A stretch of DNA of 64,000 nt from an uncultured Rickettsiales bacterium. Lineage in GTDB: Bacteria > Pseudomonadota > Alphaproteobacteria > Rickettsiales > SXRF01. The notes under the pieces were generated by a model that was not told where the DNA came from, ran no database searches, and saw only the letters and a list, made by a program, of their open reading frames with translations. This document shows, one piece after another, positions 18,596 through 27,539 of this stretch. Where the stretch lies: NCBI GenBank assembly GCA_964535825.1, contig CAZHUC010000003.1, forward strand, positions 6,485 to 70,484, read 5' to 3'. Numbering within the stretch: the first letter of the stretch is position 1; each line of letters starts with the position of its first letter. A program made the translations under genes and the position numbers.

Positions 18596-20263
18596 ATGAA
18601 GCTGGATAAACGATTCTTACAACCGCCACATACACGATTCCTGATCGTTACATCACTGGCGATCAATGTGCTGGCGCTTGCTTTGCCGTTGATGACGATG
18701 CAGACCTACGATCGTATCATGGTGAATCAGGCAACCGATACATTGATGGTGCTTGCGTTTGGCGTGCTGATCGCCGCATTAGTCGAGATGGTATTACGTA
18801 TCTGCCGCAGCTATGTCGTGGGATTAAGTGGTGCGCAGTTCGAGCATTATGGCTCGGTAGAAGCGGTAACGCGGCTACTACACGCCGAGGCGCTGGGGAA
18901 ACAGGACGATACATCTGCCATAGCCATGCAGGACATAAGCGCGGTATCGCGCCTCAAGGATTATTACGGTGGGCAGCTTGCGGCCATGTTGCTTGTGGAT
19001 ATGCCTTTTGCTGTGGTGTTCATCGGCATGGTATTTTATCTGGCAGGCTGGCTGGCTCTTGTGCCGTGCACTGTGCTGGCACTGTATGGCTTTGTTTCAT
19101 GGCGACAGGGACGCACACTCAAGTCGCTGATGGATGAACGTGAAGAACAGGACAATCGCCGTTACAGTTTCATTACCCAGTCGCTTCAGGCGGTACATGT
19201 TCTGAAAAGCCTGTGCCTTGAATCGGTCATGGCCCGCCGGTTTGAAGAAGTGCAGCGCGAAAGCGGAAGGGTTAATTTTCGTATCGCCGATATTCAGGGT
19301 GCGGTCGGTACGTTCAGTTACGCAGTATCCCAGATTATGACAGTGGCGGTGGTAACGGCAGGCGCACCACTGGTCATCAACGGACACCTGACAGTGGGGA
19401 TGCTGGTTGCATCCATCATGCTTTCCGGGCAAGTGATGCAGCCCATGCAGCGCGGCCTTGCGTTATGGATACGCATGCAGGACATCGCGATTGCGCGCAA
19501 ACGTCTGATGGCAGTGCTGAACAAACCAGTGCGACAGTTCCACACGCTGGAAGAGCTGGGCGATAATCACGGCGTGTTGCGTATGCAGAATGTACGGTTC
19601 TCTTATGTCGATGGAGATCCTTTGCTTGATGGCGTATCGCTGGACATCGCACCGGGCGAGACAGTGGCCATTCAGGGTGCTCCCGGCTGCGGCCGTACCA
19701 CATTATTGGAATTGATGGCTGGGCTTATCCTGCCGGATCGTGGGAGAATATTATTATCCGGCATGGATGTATCACGTATCCCGCCGGCGCAACGCACGCG
19801 GTTCATCGGATATCTGCCGAACAAAGGGACGATACTGCGTGGCAGTATCATGGATAATCTGACAGGATTTGACCCGCGCCATCAGGTGCAGGCACATGAA
19901 ATGGCGGAGCTGCTTGGTATCGAGAGGGCGGTAGCCCTGCTGCCCGCAGGCTATGACACGCCGCTGGATGGATTGACGACGGACGTGATACCGCCAGGAC
20001 TCAAACAGCGCATCGCCGTGGCGCGTACGCTCCTGCTTAAGCCACGCTTCATATTGTATGATAATGCCGATCAGGGGCTGGATCGTGAGAGTTACACCCG
20101 TATCTTTGACCTGCTGGCGCGCCTGAAACGCAAGGCAACGCTCGTGATCGTATCGGAAGATAATAATATCACTAGCCTTGCCGATCGCGTGGTTGATATG
20201 CGGCATGGCTCGCTCATGCAGGTGATGGAACCCATACAGTTCATGGCGGCGGGGCAGGCATGA
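18596..20263 (+). CDS. Type I secretion ABC transporter subunit with degenerate nucleotide-binding motifs
   Basis: Six-TM exporter domain plus an NBD. Walker A is GAPGCGRTT (Lys to Arg), the Q-loop position is LPNKG, the signature is IPPGLKQR instead of LSGGQ, Walker B is FILYDNAD (Glu to Asn), and the H-loop region is VIVSEDN (no His). Start is taken at ATG 18596, after the hairpin. Confidence 0.85.
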   Translation: MKLDKRFLQPPHTRFLIVTSLAINVLALALPLMTMQTYDRIMVNQATDTLMVLAFGVLIAALVEMVLRICRSYVVGLSGAQFEHYGSVEAVTRLLHAEALGKQDDTSAIAMQDISAVSRLKDYYGGQLAAMLLVDMPFAVVFIGMVFYLAGWLALVPCTVLALYGFVSWRQGRTLKSLMDEREEQDNRRYSFITQSLQAVHVLKSLCLESVMARRFEEVQRESGRVNFRIADIQGAVGTFSYAVSQIMTVAVVTAGAPLVINGHLTVGMLVASIMLSGQVMQPMQRGLALWIRMQDIAIARKRLMAVLNKPVRQFHTLEELGDNHGVLRMQNVRFSYVDGDPLLDGVSLDIAPGETVAIQGAPGCGRTTLLELMAGLILPDRGRILLSGMDVSRIPPAQRTRFIGYLPNKGTILRGSIMDNLTGFDPRHQVQAHEMAELLGIERAVALLPAGYDTPLDGLTTDVIPPGLKQRIAVARTLLLKPRFILYDNADQGLDRESYTRIFDLLARLKRKATLVIVSEDNNITSLADRVVDMRHGSLMQVMEPIQFMAAGQA

Positions 20264-22416
20264 TGAAAGAGAATGCGGTAAAAAAAGATCATCCGTCCGA
20301 ATGGCTTGCCACATTGGCAGAGAATAATGTACTGCGCTGGCGGCATGGCAATAATAATACTGGCCTGTTGCTTGCGCCATTGCTTGAAGTGAACGGGTGG
20401 CAGGGCAACGTCATGAGTCTGGTGGATGCGTTACCGGTGACCGCTTCGGAAGTGGCAGTACAGGACCTGCTCGGCGTCATGGGATCGCTGGGCTATCACA
20501 TACATCAGGAACGGCGCAGCAGCGCATCAATCACAGCAGAAGACCTGCCTGCCTTGTTCGTGCCGGATAAGGCGCAGGGTTGGCATACGGCGTGGGTATT
20601 GCGTGAACTCGGCCCGTATGGGCTGATAAGGGATGATGGGCGTGAACAGGTACGAGGTCCGCTTTCTTTAAGCTCTGGTACATTATATCGCTTCAATCGC
20701 CGTGATGATGATGCTGAAGATGCATCATCGAATGTTAGTTGGATTACAAAAACTATTCAGCGTTTCCGTATGGTATTCTGGCATGTGGCGATACTGAGCC
20801 TGATGATGCACTTCTTTACACTGGCCATGCCGATCTTCAGCATGACGGTCTATGACAGGGTGATCGCTGCGCATGCGCCCGGAACATTGCCACTACTTGC
20901 AGTTGGCGTATTTATGGCGCTGTTCGTAGAAAAGATCATCCGCTGGATCCGTGTGCGTGGTGCAGGCTGGATCGGTGCGCGCAGTGGCCTGATGGTATCG
21001 CAGGCTATGTTCGAGCAATTATTGTTCTTGCCGGCATCGGTCATCGAGCAGGCTTCGGTTTCAGCGCAACTTGCGCGGTTGCGTGCATTTGAGGCCGTGC
21101 GTGATTTTGTAACAGGCCCGATGTTCCTGACGCTATTGGAAATGCCATTTATTGGGATTCTTGTACTGGCTATCGCATGGCTGGCCGGGCCAGTTGCCTG
21201 GATCTCCGTCGGGATAACGACCGCCTATGTATTATTACTGCTTGCAACGCGCTCACGCTGGAAGCGTCTTGGACAGGAATCTGCACACGCGGCAGCAAAA
21301 CGCCAACAGGTACTGATGGATATTATTGATCATAGCAAAGCGATCTATGCAGCAGGCATGAGCGAGCGGATGATACAACGCTTTGCGAATACAAGCTGGC
21401 AGGCATCGCGCACACAACACCAATATGCCATGACGGCCTCCACCGTGCAGTATATCGCGAGTTTCCTGACCATCGTGGCCGGACTACTTACGATCGCGTG
21501 GTGTCTTGCCAGAATATGGCAGGGCGAGATGACCGCAGGCGCGATGGTCGCCACCATGATCATCACATGGCGGGTGCTGTATCCGCTGCAGGCCTTATGC
21601 ACTATTCTGCCGTATCTTGAGCAGATCAGGGCTTCGGTAAAGCAGGTGTCGCAACTCATGGCAATGAAGCCAGAAGCGCATGCCATGCGCCATGTGCTGG
21701 CAGATCGCTCACTGGAAGGAAATATCTGTTTCCAGAATGTCAGTCTGCGCTATAGCCGCAAAAGTGACCCCGTGTTTCTGAACCTGAGCGCCGAAATAAC
21801 CAAAGGGCAGGTGGTAGCGATCTATGGCGGTAACGGTAGTGGTAAATCGAGCGTGCTGCGCATGGTATTAGGGCTTTATGCGCCAGCCATGGGTGTCATA
21901 CGCCTTGATGGCGTGGATCATCGGCAGTTCGACCCGCGTGCACTGAGAAGACAAATTACTTATCTGCCACAATCAACAGAACTATTACCCGGAACTATTG
22001 CTGATAATTTGCGCGTAGTAAATCCTCTCGCGCCGGATTCACGCCTGCGTCAGGCCTTGCTCTGGGCAGATGCATGGGACATGGTTGATGAAATGCCGGC
22101 TGGCCTGAACACACGATTGTTCGCAGGCGGTGTCATCCCATCGAGCGGGTTCTCAGCCAGGTTATGCCTGGCCAGGTTATATCTGGCCGACAGGCCTATT
22201 GTACTGGCAGATGAGTTGCCTGCTGCACTTTTGAATACATCAACCGGCACACGCTTCCAGAATTTCCTGAATGAATGTCGTGGCAAACGCACGGTGCTGT
22301 TCGTAACGCATCGCGAGGACATGCTGGCACACGCCGATCAGGTGATATGGATGAAAACAGGTGGCGTGCCGGTGGTCGGGCGGCCCGGGCAACACATGTC
22401 CCAGACAAAGGAGTGA
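20260..22416 (+). CDS. Type I secretion ABC transporter subunit with N-terminal Cys-less C39-like domain and canonical Walker A/B
   Basis: 718 aa. The roughly 150-aa N-terminal extension has no Cys. Walker A is GGNGSGKSS, the Q-loop is LPQS, Walker B is IVLADE, the H-loop is FVTHR, and the signature is divergent (IPSSGFSAR). The ATGA start/stop overlaps the upstream ABC gene. Confidence 0.85.
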   Translation: MMKENAVKKDHPSEWLATLAENNVLRWRHGNNNTGLLLAPLLEVNGWQGNVMSLVDALPVTASEVAVQDLLGVMGSLGYHIHQERRSSASITAEDLPALFVPDKAQGWHTAWVLRELGPYGLIRDDGREQVRGPLSLSSGTLYRFNRRDDDAEDASSNVSWITKTIQRFRMVFWHVAILSLMMHFFTLAMPIFSMTVYDRVIAAHAPGTLPLLAVGVFMALFVEKIIRWIRVRGAGWIGARSGLMVSQAMFEQLLFLPASVIEQASVSAQLARLRAFEAVRDFVTGPMFLTLLEMPFIGILVLAIAWLAGPVAWISVGITTAYVLLLLATRSRWKRLGQESAHAAAKRQQVLMDIIDHSKAIYAAGMSERMIQRFANTSWQASRTQHQYAMTASTVQYIASFLTIVAGLLTIAWCLARIWQGEMTAGAMVATMIITWRVLYPLQALCTILPYLEQIRASVKQVSQLMAMKPEAHAMRHVLADRSLEGNICFQNVSLRYSRKSDPVFLNLSAEITKGQVVAIYGGNGSGKSSVLRMVLGLYAPAMGVIRLDGVDHRQFDPRALRRQITYLPQSTELLPGTIADNLRVVNPLAPDSRLRQALLWADAWDMVDEMPAGLNTRLFAGGVIPSSGFSARLCLARLYLADRPIVLADELPAALLNTSTGTRFQNFLNECRGKRTVLFVTHREDMLAHADQVIWMKTGGVPVVGRPGQHMSQTKE

Positions 22417-22419
22417 TAT

Positions 22420-23811
22420 ATGAAACTGAACCACATGAATATTTTCAGGCACAATACTATGCGATCGTGGGTACGGTATCTGAACACCGTCTTTGCACGA
22501 TATTTTATCGATGATGTGTCTACGCTCAGCCAGTCACAGGCATTCAAGGAAACATCACTGCCGAAATTGCTGACACTGACCATGGCCACGCTTTCAGTGT
22601 CGACATTAGCTTTCATCGGCTGGTCTGCCATTACGCCAGTTAAAGAACTTGCGCGCACAGAAGGGCAGGTCGTGCCTACCGGATATAGCCGGCTGGTGCA
22701 ACATCTGGAAGGCGGGCTGGTCCGCGAGATACTGGTACATGAAGGTGATTTTGTTCAAAAGGATCAGGTGTTGGTGCGGCTCGATGGCGCAGGCACAGAA
22801 GAAGATCTGCGTGAACAGGAGGCGCGTGTACGCGGGCTTTCTCTCCAGCATGAACGGCTGCGGGCGCTGTTGGAAGGTCGCAAGCCGGATTTTAGCAGAT
22901 TTCCTGCCGATAAATCAGATATTGCTGAGCAGCAGAAAATGTTCGATACCGCTCAGGAAGCGCGTAGGCGTGAACGCGCCGTGCTGGAGGAACAGATAGC
23001 GCAAAAAGAAACAGCGATCACTCGTATCGAGCAATCGCTGGCCACAGCAAAATCCAACCTTGCGCTTTCGGGTGAATCGCAGGCCATATATGCCAAGCTT
23101 GCAAAGGATGGACTCACCGCGCGCACCACCTATATCAAGAAACAGGAAGAATACAATTCGCGCGAAGGCGATGTTTCCTCACTCTCGCGGCAGAAAGAAG
23201 AAGCCACCGATGAATTAACGGAATATCGCCAACGACTTGACGCACTGACCGCCCAGCAGCGCGATAGTGCATATAGTGAATTGCACCGTGTAGAGTCGGA
23301 TCTGGCGCAGGCCTCAGAGAACCTGAAGAAACGGCAGGACAGAGTAGGACGTCTGGATGTCCGTTCACCAGTGATGGGATATATCAAAGGACTAAAACTA
23401 AATACTATCGGTGCAGTCATTCCTGCCGGCCAGACACTCATGGAGATTGTGCCGGTGGAAGAGCAATTGGTGGTCGAGCTTAAGATCATGCCGCAGCAGA
23501 TCGGCAGGGTAGAGACCGGCCAGACTGTGCAGGTAAAGATAGATTCTTACGACTATGTGCGCTTCGGCACGATCGAAGGCAGGCTGGAGAGTATTTCTGC
23601 CACTACCTTTACCGATGAAGCACGCCGTGAAGATTATTATAAAGGGCGCGTGCGCATGGCAAAGAGCTATGCCGGTCATGTGCCGGGACTTCATCCCATC
23701 ATTCCGGGGATGACAGTGGATGCAGATATTGTAACCGGCGAGAAGAGCGTGCTTGCCTACCTTCTGAAACCTATACGCTCAGCCATGTATAACTCTATGA
23801 CGGAGCAATAA
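22420..23811 (+). CDS. HlyD-family type I secretion membrane fusion protein
   Basis: One N-terminal TM, a long coiled-coil region, lipoyl/beta-barrel motifs and the C-terminal GMTV.ADI.TG.KSVL.YLLKP signature of the HlyD family. Confidence 0.9.
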   Translation: MKLNHMNIFRHNTMRSWVRYLNTVFARYFIDDVSTLSQSQAFKETSLPKLLTLTMATLSVSTLAFIGWSAITPVKELARTEGQVVPTGYSRLVQHLEGGLVREILVHEGDFVQKDQVLVRLDGAGTEEDLREQEARVRGLSLQHERLRALLEGRKPDFSRFPADKSDIAEQQKMFDTAQEARRRERAVLEEQIAQKETAITRIEQSLATAKSNLALSGESQAIYAKLAKDGLTARTTYIKKQEEYNSREGDVSSLSRQKEEATDELTEYRQRLDALTAQQRDSAYSELHRVESDLAQASENLKKRQDRVGRLDVRSPVMGYIKGLKLNTIGAVIPAGQTLMEIVPVEEQLVVELKIMPQQIGRVETGQTVQVKIDSYDYVRFGTIEGRLESISATTFTDEARREDYYKGRVRMAKSYAGHVPGLHPIIPGMTVDADIVTGEKSVLAYLLKPIRSAMYNSMTEQ

Positions 23812-23812
23812 T

Positions 23813-24775
23813 ATGAAAGCTGCAACGCTTGCTGTGCCTGTATCCGTATCGGCCATGCCAGTACGGAAACCTGCCTTGTTAGCTGTAGATGATGACCGTG
23901 TCATGCTCTCTATGCTGACGCAGATACTCGAAGGATTTGGCTACACTGCCCATAGTGCGAGCTCTGGCAGTCAGGCATTGCAGACGTTGCTAGCATCACA
24001 CGATACCATTGATGCGATCATACTGGATCAGGAAATGCCAGGGCTTGATGGTTTGCAGGTGGTGGCACAGATGAAAGCCGATCCCAAACTATCTTCTATT
24101 CCCATCATCATGCTCACAGGGAATTCAGCGCAGGAGAAGATCCGTGAGGGCATAGATGCAGGTGTGTTCTATTATCTGGTGAAGCCTGCCTCAGAGGATC
24201 TGATAAAAAGTGTTGCAGCGGCAGCTGTGCGTGAAAGAAAGCACCGGCGCATCCTTTCGACCCAGCTAGGTCGCTATGATGTGGCACTTAAGGCGGTAAC
24301 TACAGCACATATACAGGTGCGCAGTCTTTCTGAAGCAGAAAATGTAGGGTGTATGATAGCATCCTGCTTTCCCGTACCAGAACGTGTGGTGACCGGGCTG
24401 ATGGATCTTCTGGTGAATGCAGTAGAGCACGGCAATCTTGGCATCACATATGAAGAAAAAACGCAATTACTTCAGGAGAATCGCTGGCAGGATGAAATAG
24501 CCCGCAGATTAACTCTCCCGGAATATGCAGAAAAGATAGCTGATGTTGTATATCAGCGGAAACCAGAAGGGTGGTTCGTGCAGATCACGGATCAGGGTAA
24601 GGGGTTCGACTGGCGGCGTTACTGGCAGATCGATCCTGCGCAGGCCACAGCCAGTCATGGCCGCGGTATCGCGCGGGCAAGGCTTCTTTCCTTCGATAAG
24701 ATAGCATACAACGAAGCAGGCAATCAGGTGACGGTAATGGTACAGGCATCTGCTGCGGATGATTTCACATGGTGA
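23813..24775 (+). CDS. Response-regulator receiver fused to an RsbW/SpoIIAB-like HATPase (serine-kinase/anti-sigma-type) domain
   Basis: REC motifs (LLAVDDD, IILDQEMPGLDG, MLTG, VKP). The C-terminal part has LVNAVEHGN and ITDQGKGFD motifs of the HATPase_c_2 type. It starts 2 nt after the hlyD-like stop. Confidence 0.78.
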   Translation: MKAATLAVPVSVSAMPVRKPALLAVDDDRVMLSMLTQILEGFGYTAHSASSGSQALQTLLASHDTIDAIILDQEMPGLDGLQVVAQMKADPKLSSIPIIMLTGNSAQEKIREGIDAGVFYYLVKPASEDLIKSVAAAAVRERKHRRILSTQLGRYDVALKAVTTAHIQVRSLSEAENVGCMIASCFPVPERVVTGLMDLLVNAVEHGNLGITYEEKTQLLQENRWQDEIARRLTLPEYAEKIADVVYQRKPEGWFVQITDQGKGFDWRRYWQIDPAQATASHGRGIARARLLSFDKIAYNEAGNQVTVMVQASAADDFTW

Positions 24776-24779
24776 TGCC

Positions 24780-27539
24780 ATGACGGATGAAACCGATATT
24801 GTCATTGAACTTACCCACAAGCGGATCGTACGCAGTTATCGTATCGCACTTTCGCTGGTTGCGTGCGTAGTTATTTCCATTGCCGGTATTACCACACATC
24901 TGCTGTCCGATCAGGAAACCAGTGCCGCACTTATCAATGTTGCTGGTAAACAGCGGGCATTGTCACAGCGTATTGCACTATTTACCATGGAATTGTCGGT
25001 CATCCGCGAGAGTGAACGGACAACGATCCTACAATCGCTGATGAGGTCGATCGATGAAATGGATCATGCGCATCAGGCCTTGTTACACGGCAACCCGTTA
25101 CGGCAGTTGCCTAACCTTCGTTCCGATACATTAAAGAAAATGTATTATGAAGCACCTCTTTTCCTGGATAAGCAGGTAGCGGAATATCTGGCCAATGCCC
25201 GGCAGATCTTACGATTGCCACCAGATCAGATCACCCAGGATCACCAGCTAGTGCAGGCACTGGTCAGCCAGGCAAACCAAAGGATACTTGACTCACTGGA
25301 TGCAGCGGTAACGCAATACCAGCATGAAAGCGAAGAGTATACCCGCTTCTTGTATGATGCCGTGGTGATACTCTCAGTAGCAGCTTTGTTACTGCTTGCT
25401 GCGGTCGCCATCTTTGTACTTAAGCCTGCGGTCGATTATGTATCACAGGCACATCGAAAATTGATCGAACTGAACAAACTCAAAGGTGATTTCCTTGCCA
25501 ATATGAGCCACGAGATTCGTACCCCGATGAACGGGATCTTCGGTATGACGGAGCTATTGCTGGAATCTTCCCTGAACCAGCGTCAGCAGCAATATGTGCG
25601 GACATTGCAGAACTCTGCCGATCACCTGCTTGGCCTAATCAATGATATTCTGGATTTTTCAAAGCTCGAAGCGGGCCAGATGAAACTTGATCCTATCCGG
25701 TTCAACCTGCTGTCAACGATAGAAGACGTTCTGGATCTGCTGGCCGCCCGTGCGCGCGAAAAGAATATAGAGCTATTGCTGAGATATGCACCAGGCACAC
25801 CGCGTTTTGTGGTGACCGACCCGGGGCGTATGCGTCAGATATTGTTCAACCTCATCGGCAATGCCATTAAGTTTACCGATAAAGGCTATGTGCTGATCAA
25901 TGTGGAATATATAGCTGCAGAACATGGTGTGGACAGCAAGGCATGGTTGAAAGTGCGCGTGGAAGATACAGGGATCGGCATCCCTGAAGACAAGATCAAT
26001 GCACTGTTCGCCAAATTCATGCAGGTGGAGAGTGGCAGCACCCGCGCGCGGCAAGGGACTGGCCTGGGGCTTGCCATATGCCGCAATCTGATACGTCTGA
26101 TGGGTGGTGATATACGCGTCGAAAGTACACCGGGTAAGGGTACGGTATTCAGCTGGGAGATACCACTACAAGAAGCAGGCGACCGGGAAAATACAACCAG
26201 CAAACATGAAAAACTTTCAGGATTACGAGTGTTGCTGGTGGATGACCTCGCGCCGAACCGTACGATGTACTCTGAGACACTGATCGCGGCGGGTATGGAA
26301 TGCCTGATCGCTGAGAATGCCGATGAGGCAATATCCCGCCTGCGCTATGAAGCGGCGAACAACAGGCCCATACAAGCGATTATCACAGATTTTGTTATGC
26401 CTGATAAGGATGGTATCGCGCTGACGCGCTTTGTGAAATCAGAAGATACGTTAAAAAATATACCAGTCATCATACTAAGCTCAGCTGGTGAGAGTGGGCT
26501 GGTAAAGCAATTCTCTGATGCCGGTGCAAGCGCGTGTTTGAATAAACCTGCCTCACGCCAGCAGTTATATGACACACTGGTACATGTGCTGGAAGCAGTA
26601 GAGCGAGGTGATTCCAGTAATATTATCACTACGGAAGCAAGTGGCGCACTTTCTGCGCGTCGGCTGCTGTCGCGGGAAAAACCACTCTACGGCACACATA
26701 TATTATTGGTGGAAGATAACCGGGTGAATATCGAGGTCGCCACTGAGATGTTACAGATCCTGGGATGCCGTGTGACTTCAGCAGAGAACGGGCAGGTGGC
26801 TGTCGAGGAAGCACAAAAACAAAAGTTTGACCTGATCTTCATGGATTGCCAGATGCCGGTGATGGATGGGTTTGAAGCTGCACAGCATATCGTTTCTCTT
26901 AAATCACAGAAGAAGATCGCGCCAGTGCCGATCATTGCACTTACGGCTAATGCTATGAAGGATGACCGTGAACGCTGCCTCGCCAGCGGTATGGATGATT
27001 ATTTGAGTAAGCCGGTGCGAAAGGCGAACCTGGAAGCATGCCTATTAAAATGGCTGCGGGATAAGCTGGAGAAAATGCCATCAACTGTGCCTGTGATGAC
27101 ATCACAGGTAAACACCGGTGATCAAACGGATGCTCCTCCGATTGTACTGGAAGTGGCAGAAGCCAATATGCAGGATTACGGTATCGATGCAGAGGCGTTT
27201 GGCCTAACACAAAAAACGTTGGGCGATAAACTGTCGACCGTGACCGGGTATTTCATGGAAGATTGTGAGGATTATCTTAAACGTATAGAAGCAGCTGTCA
27301 TGCAGGGTGACCCTTCATCAGCGGTGATGCCTGCGCATACGCTTAAAAGCTCCAGTAAACAATTCGGGCTTTTGAATATTTCGGAACTGGCAAGAAGGGC
27401 AGAGGCTTCTGCACGCGCCTATGCAAAGGGTGAGTCAGCGGAGGATATCCAGCCATTGCTTGTCCAGATGCGTGAACATTTTGAGAAAGCAAAACCATTC
27501 CTTGCCGCCATACAGTCGCAAGGGAAACAAGCTGCATGA
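24780..27539 (+). CDS. Hybrid sensor histidine kinase (PilJ/NarX-type periplasmic sensor, HisKA, HATPase, two REC domains, Hpt)
   Basis: INVAGKQRALSQRIA (PilJ/nitrate-sensor-type N-terminal motif), H-box FLANMSHEIRTPMNGI, N/G boxes (NLIGNAIKFT, DTGIGI, GTGLGLAI). Two receivers are present (LLVDD...ITDFVMPDKDG; LLVEDN...IFMDCQMPVMDG). The C-terminal Hpt has HTLKSSSKQFG. An alternative ATG lies at 24759. Confidence 0.88.
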   Translation: MTDETDIVIELTHKRIVRSYRIALSLVACVVISIAGITTHLLSDQETSAALINVAGKQRALSQRIALFTMELSVIRESERTTILQSLMRSIDEMDHAHQALLHGNPLRQLPNLRSDTLKKMYYEAPLFLDKQVAEYLANARQILRLPPDQITQDHQLVQALVSQANQRILDSLDAAVTQYQHESEEYTRFLYDAVVILSVAALLLLAAVAIFVLKPAVDYVSQAHRKLIELNKLKGDFLANMSHEIRTPMNGIFGMTELLLESSLNQRQQQYVRTLQNSADHLLGLINDILDFSKLEAGQMKLDPIRFNLLSTIEDVLDLLAARAREKNIELLLRYAPGTPRFVVTDPGRMRQILFNLIGNAIKFTDKGYVLINVEYIAAEHGVDSKAWLKVRVEDTGIGIPEDKINALFAKFMQVESGSTRARQGTGLGLAICRNLIRLMGGDIRVESTPGKGTVFSWEIPLQEAGDRENTTSKHEKLSGLRVLLVDDLAPNRTMYSETLIAAGMECLIAENADEAISRLRYEAANNRPIQAIITDFVMPDKDGIALTRFVKSEDTLKNIPVIILSSAGESGLVKQFSDAGASACLNKPASRQQLYDTLVHVLEAVERGDSSNIITTEASGALSARRLLSREKPLYGTHILLVEDNRVNIEVATEMLQILGCRVTSAENGQVAVEEAQKQKFDLIFMDCQMPVMDGFEAAQHIVSLKSQKKIAPVPIIALTANAMKDDRERCLASGMDDYLSKPVRKANLEACLLKWLRDKLEKMPSTVPVMTSQVNTGDQTDAPPIVLEVAEANMQDYGIDAEAFGLTQKTLGDKLSTVTGYFMEDCEDYLKRIEAAVMQGDPSSAVMPAHTLKSSSKQFGLLNISELARRAEASARAYAKGESAEDIQPLLVQMREHFEKAKPFLAAIQSQGKQAA

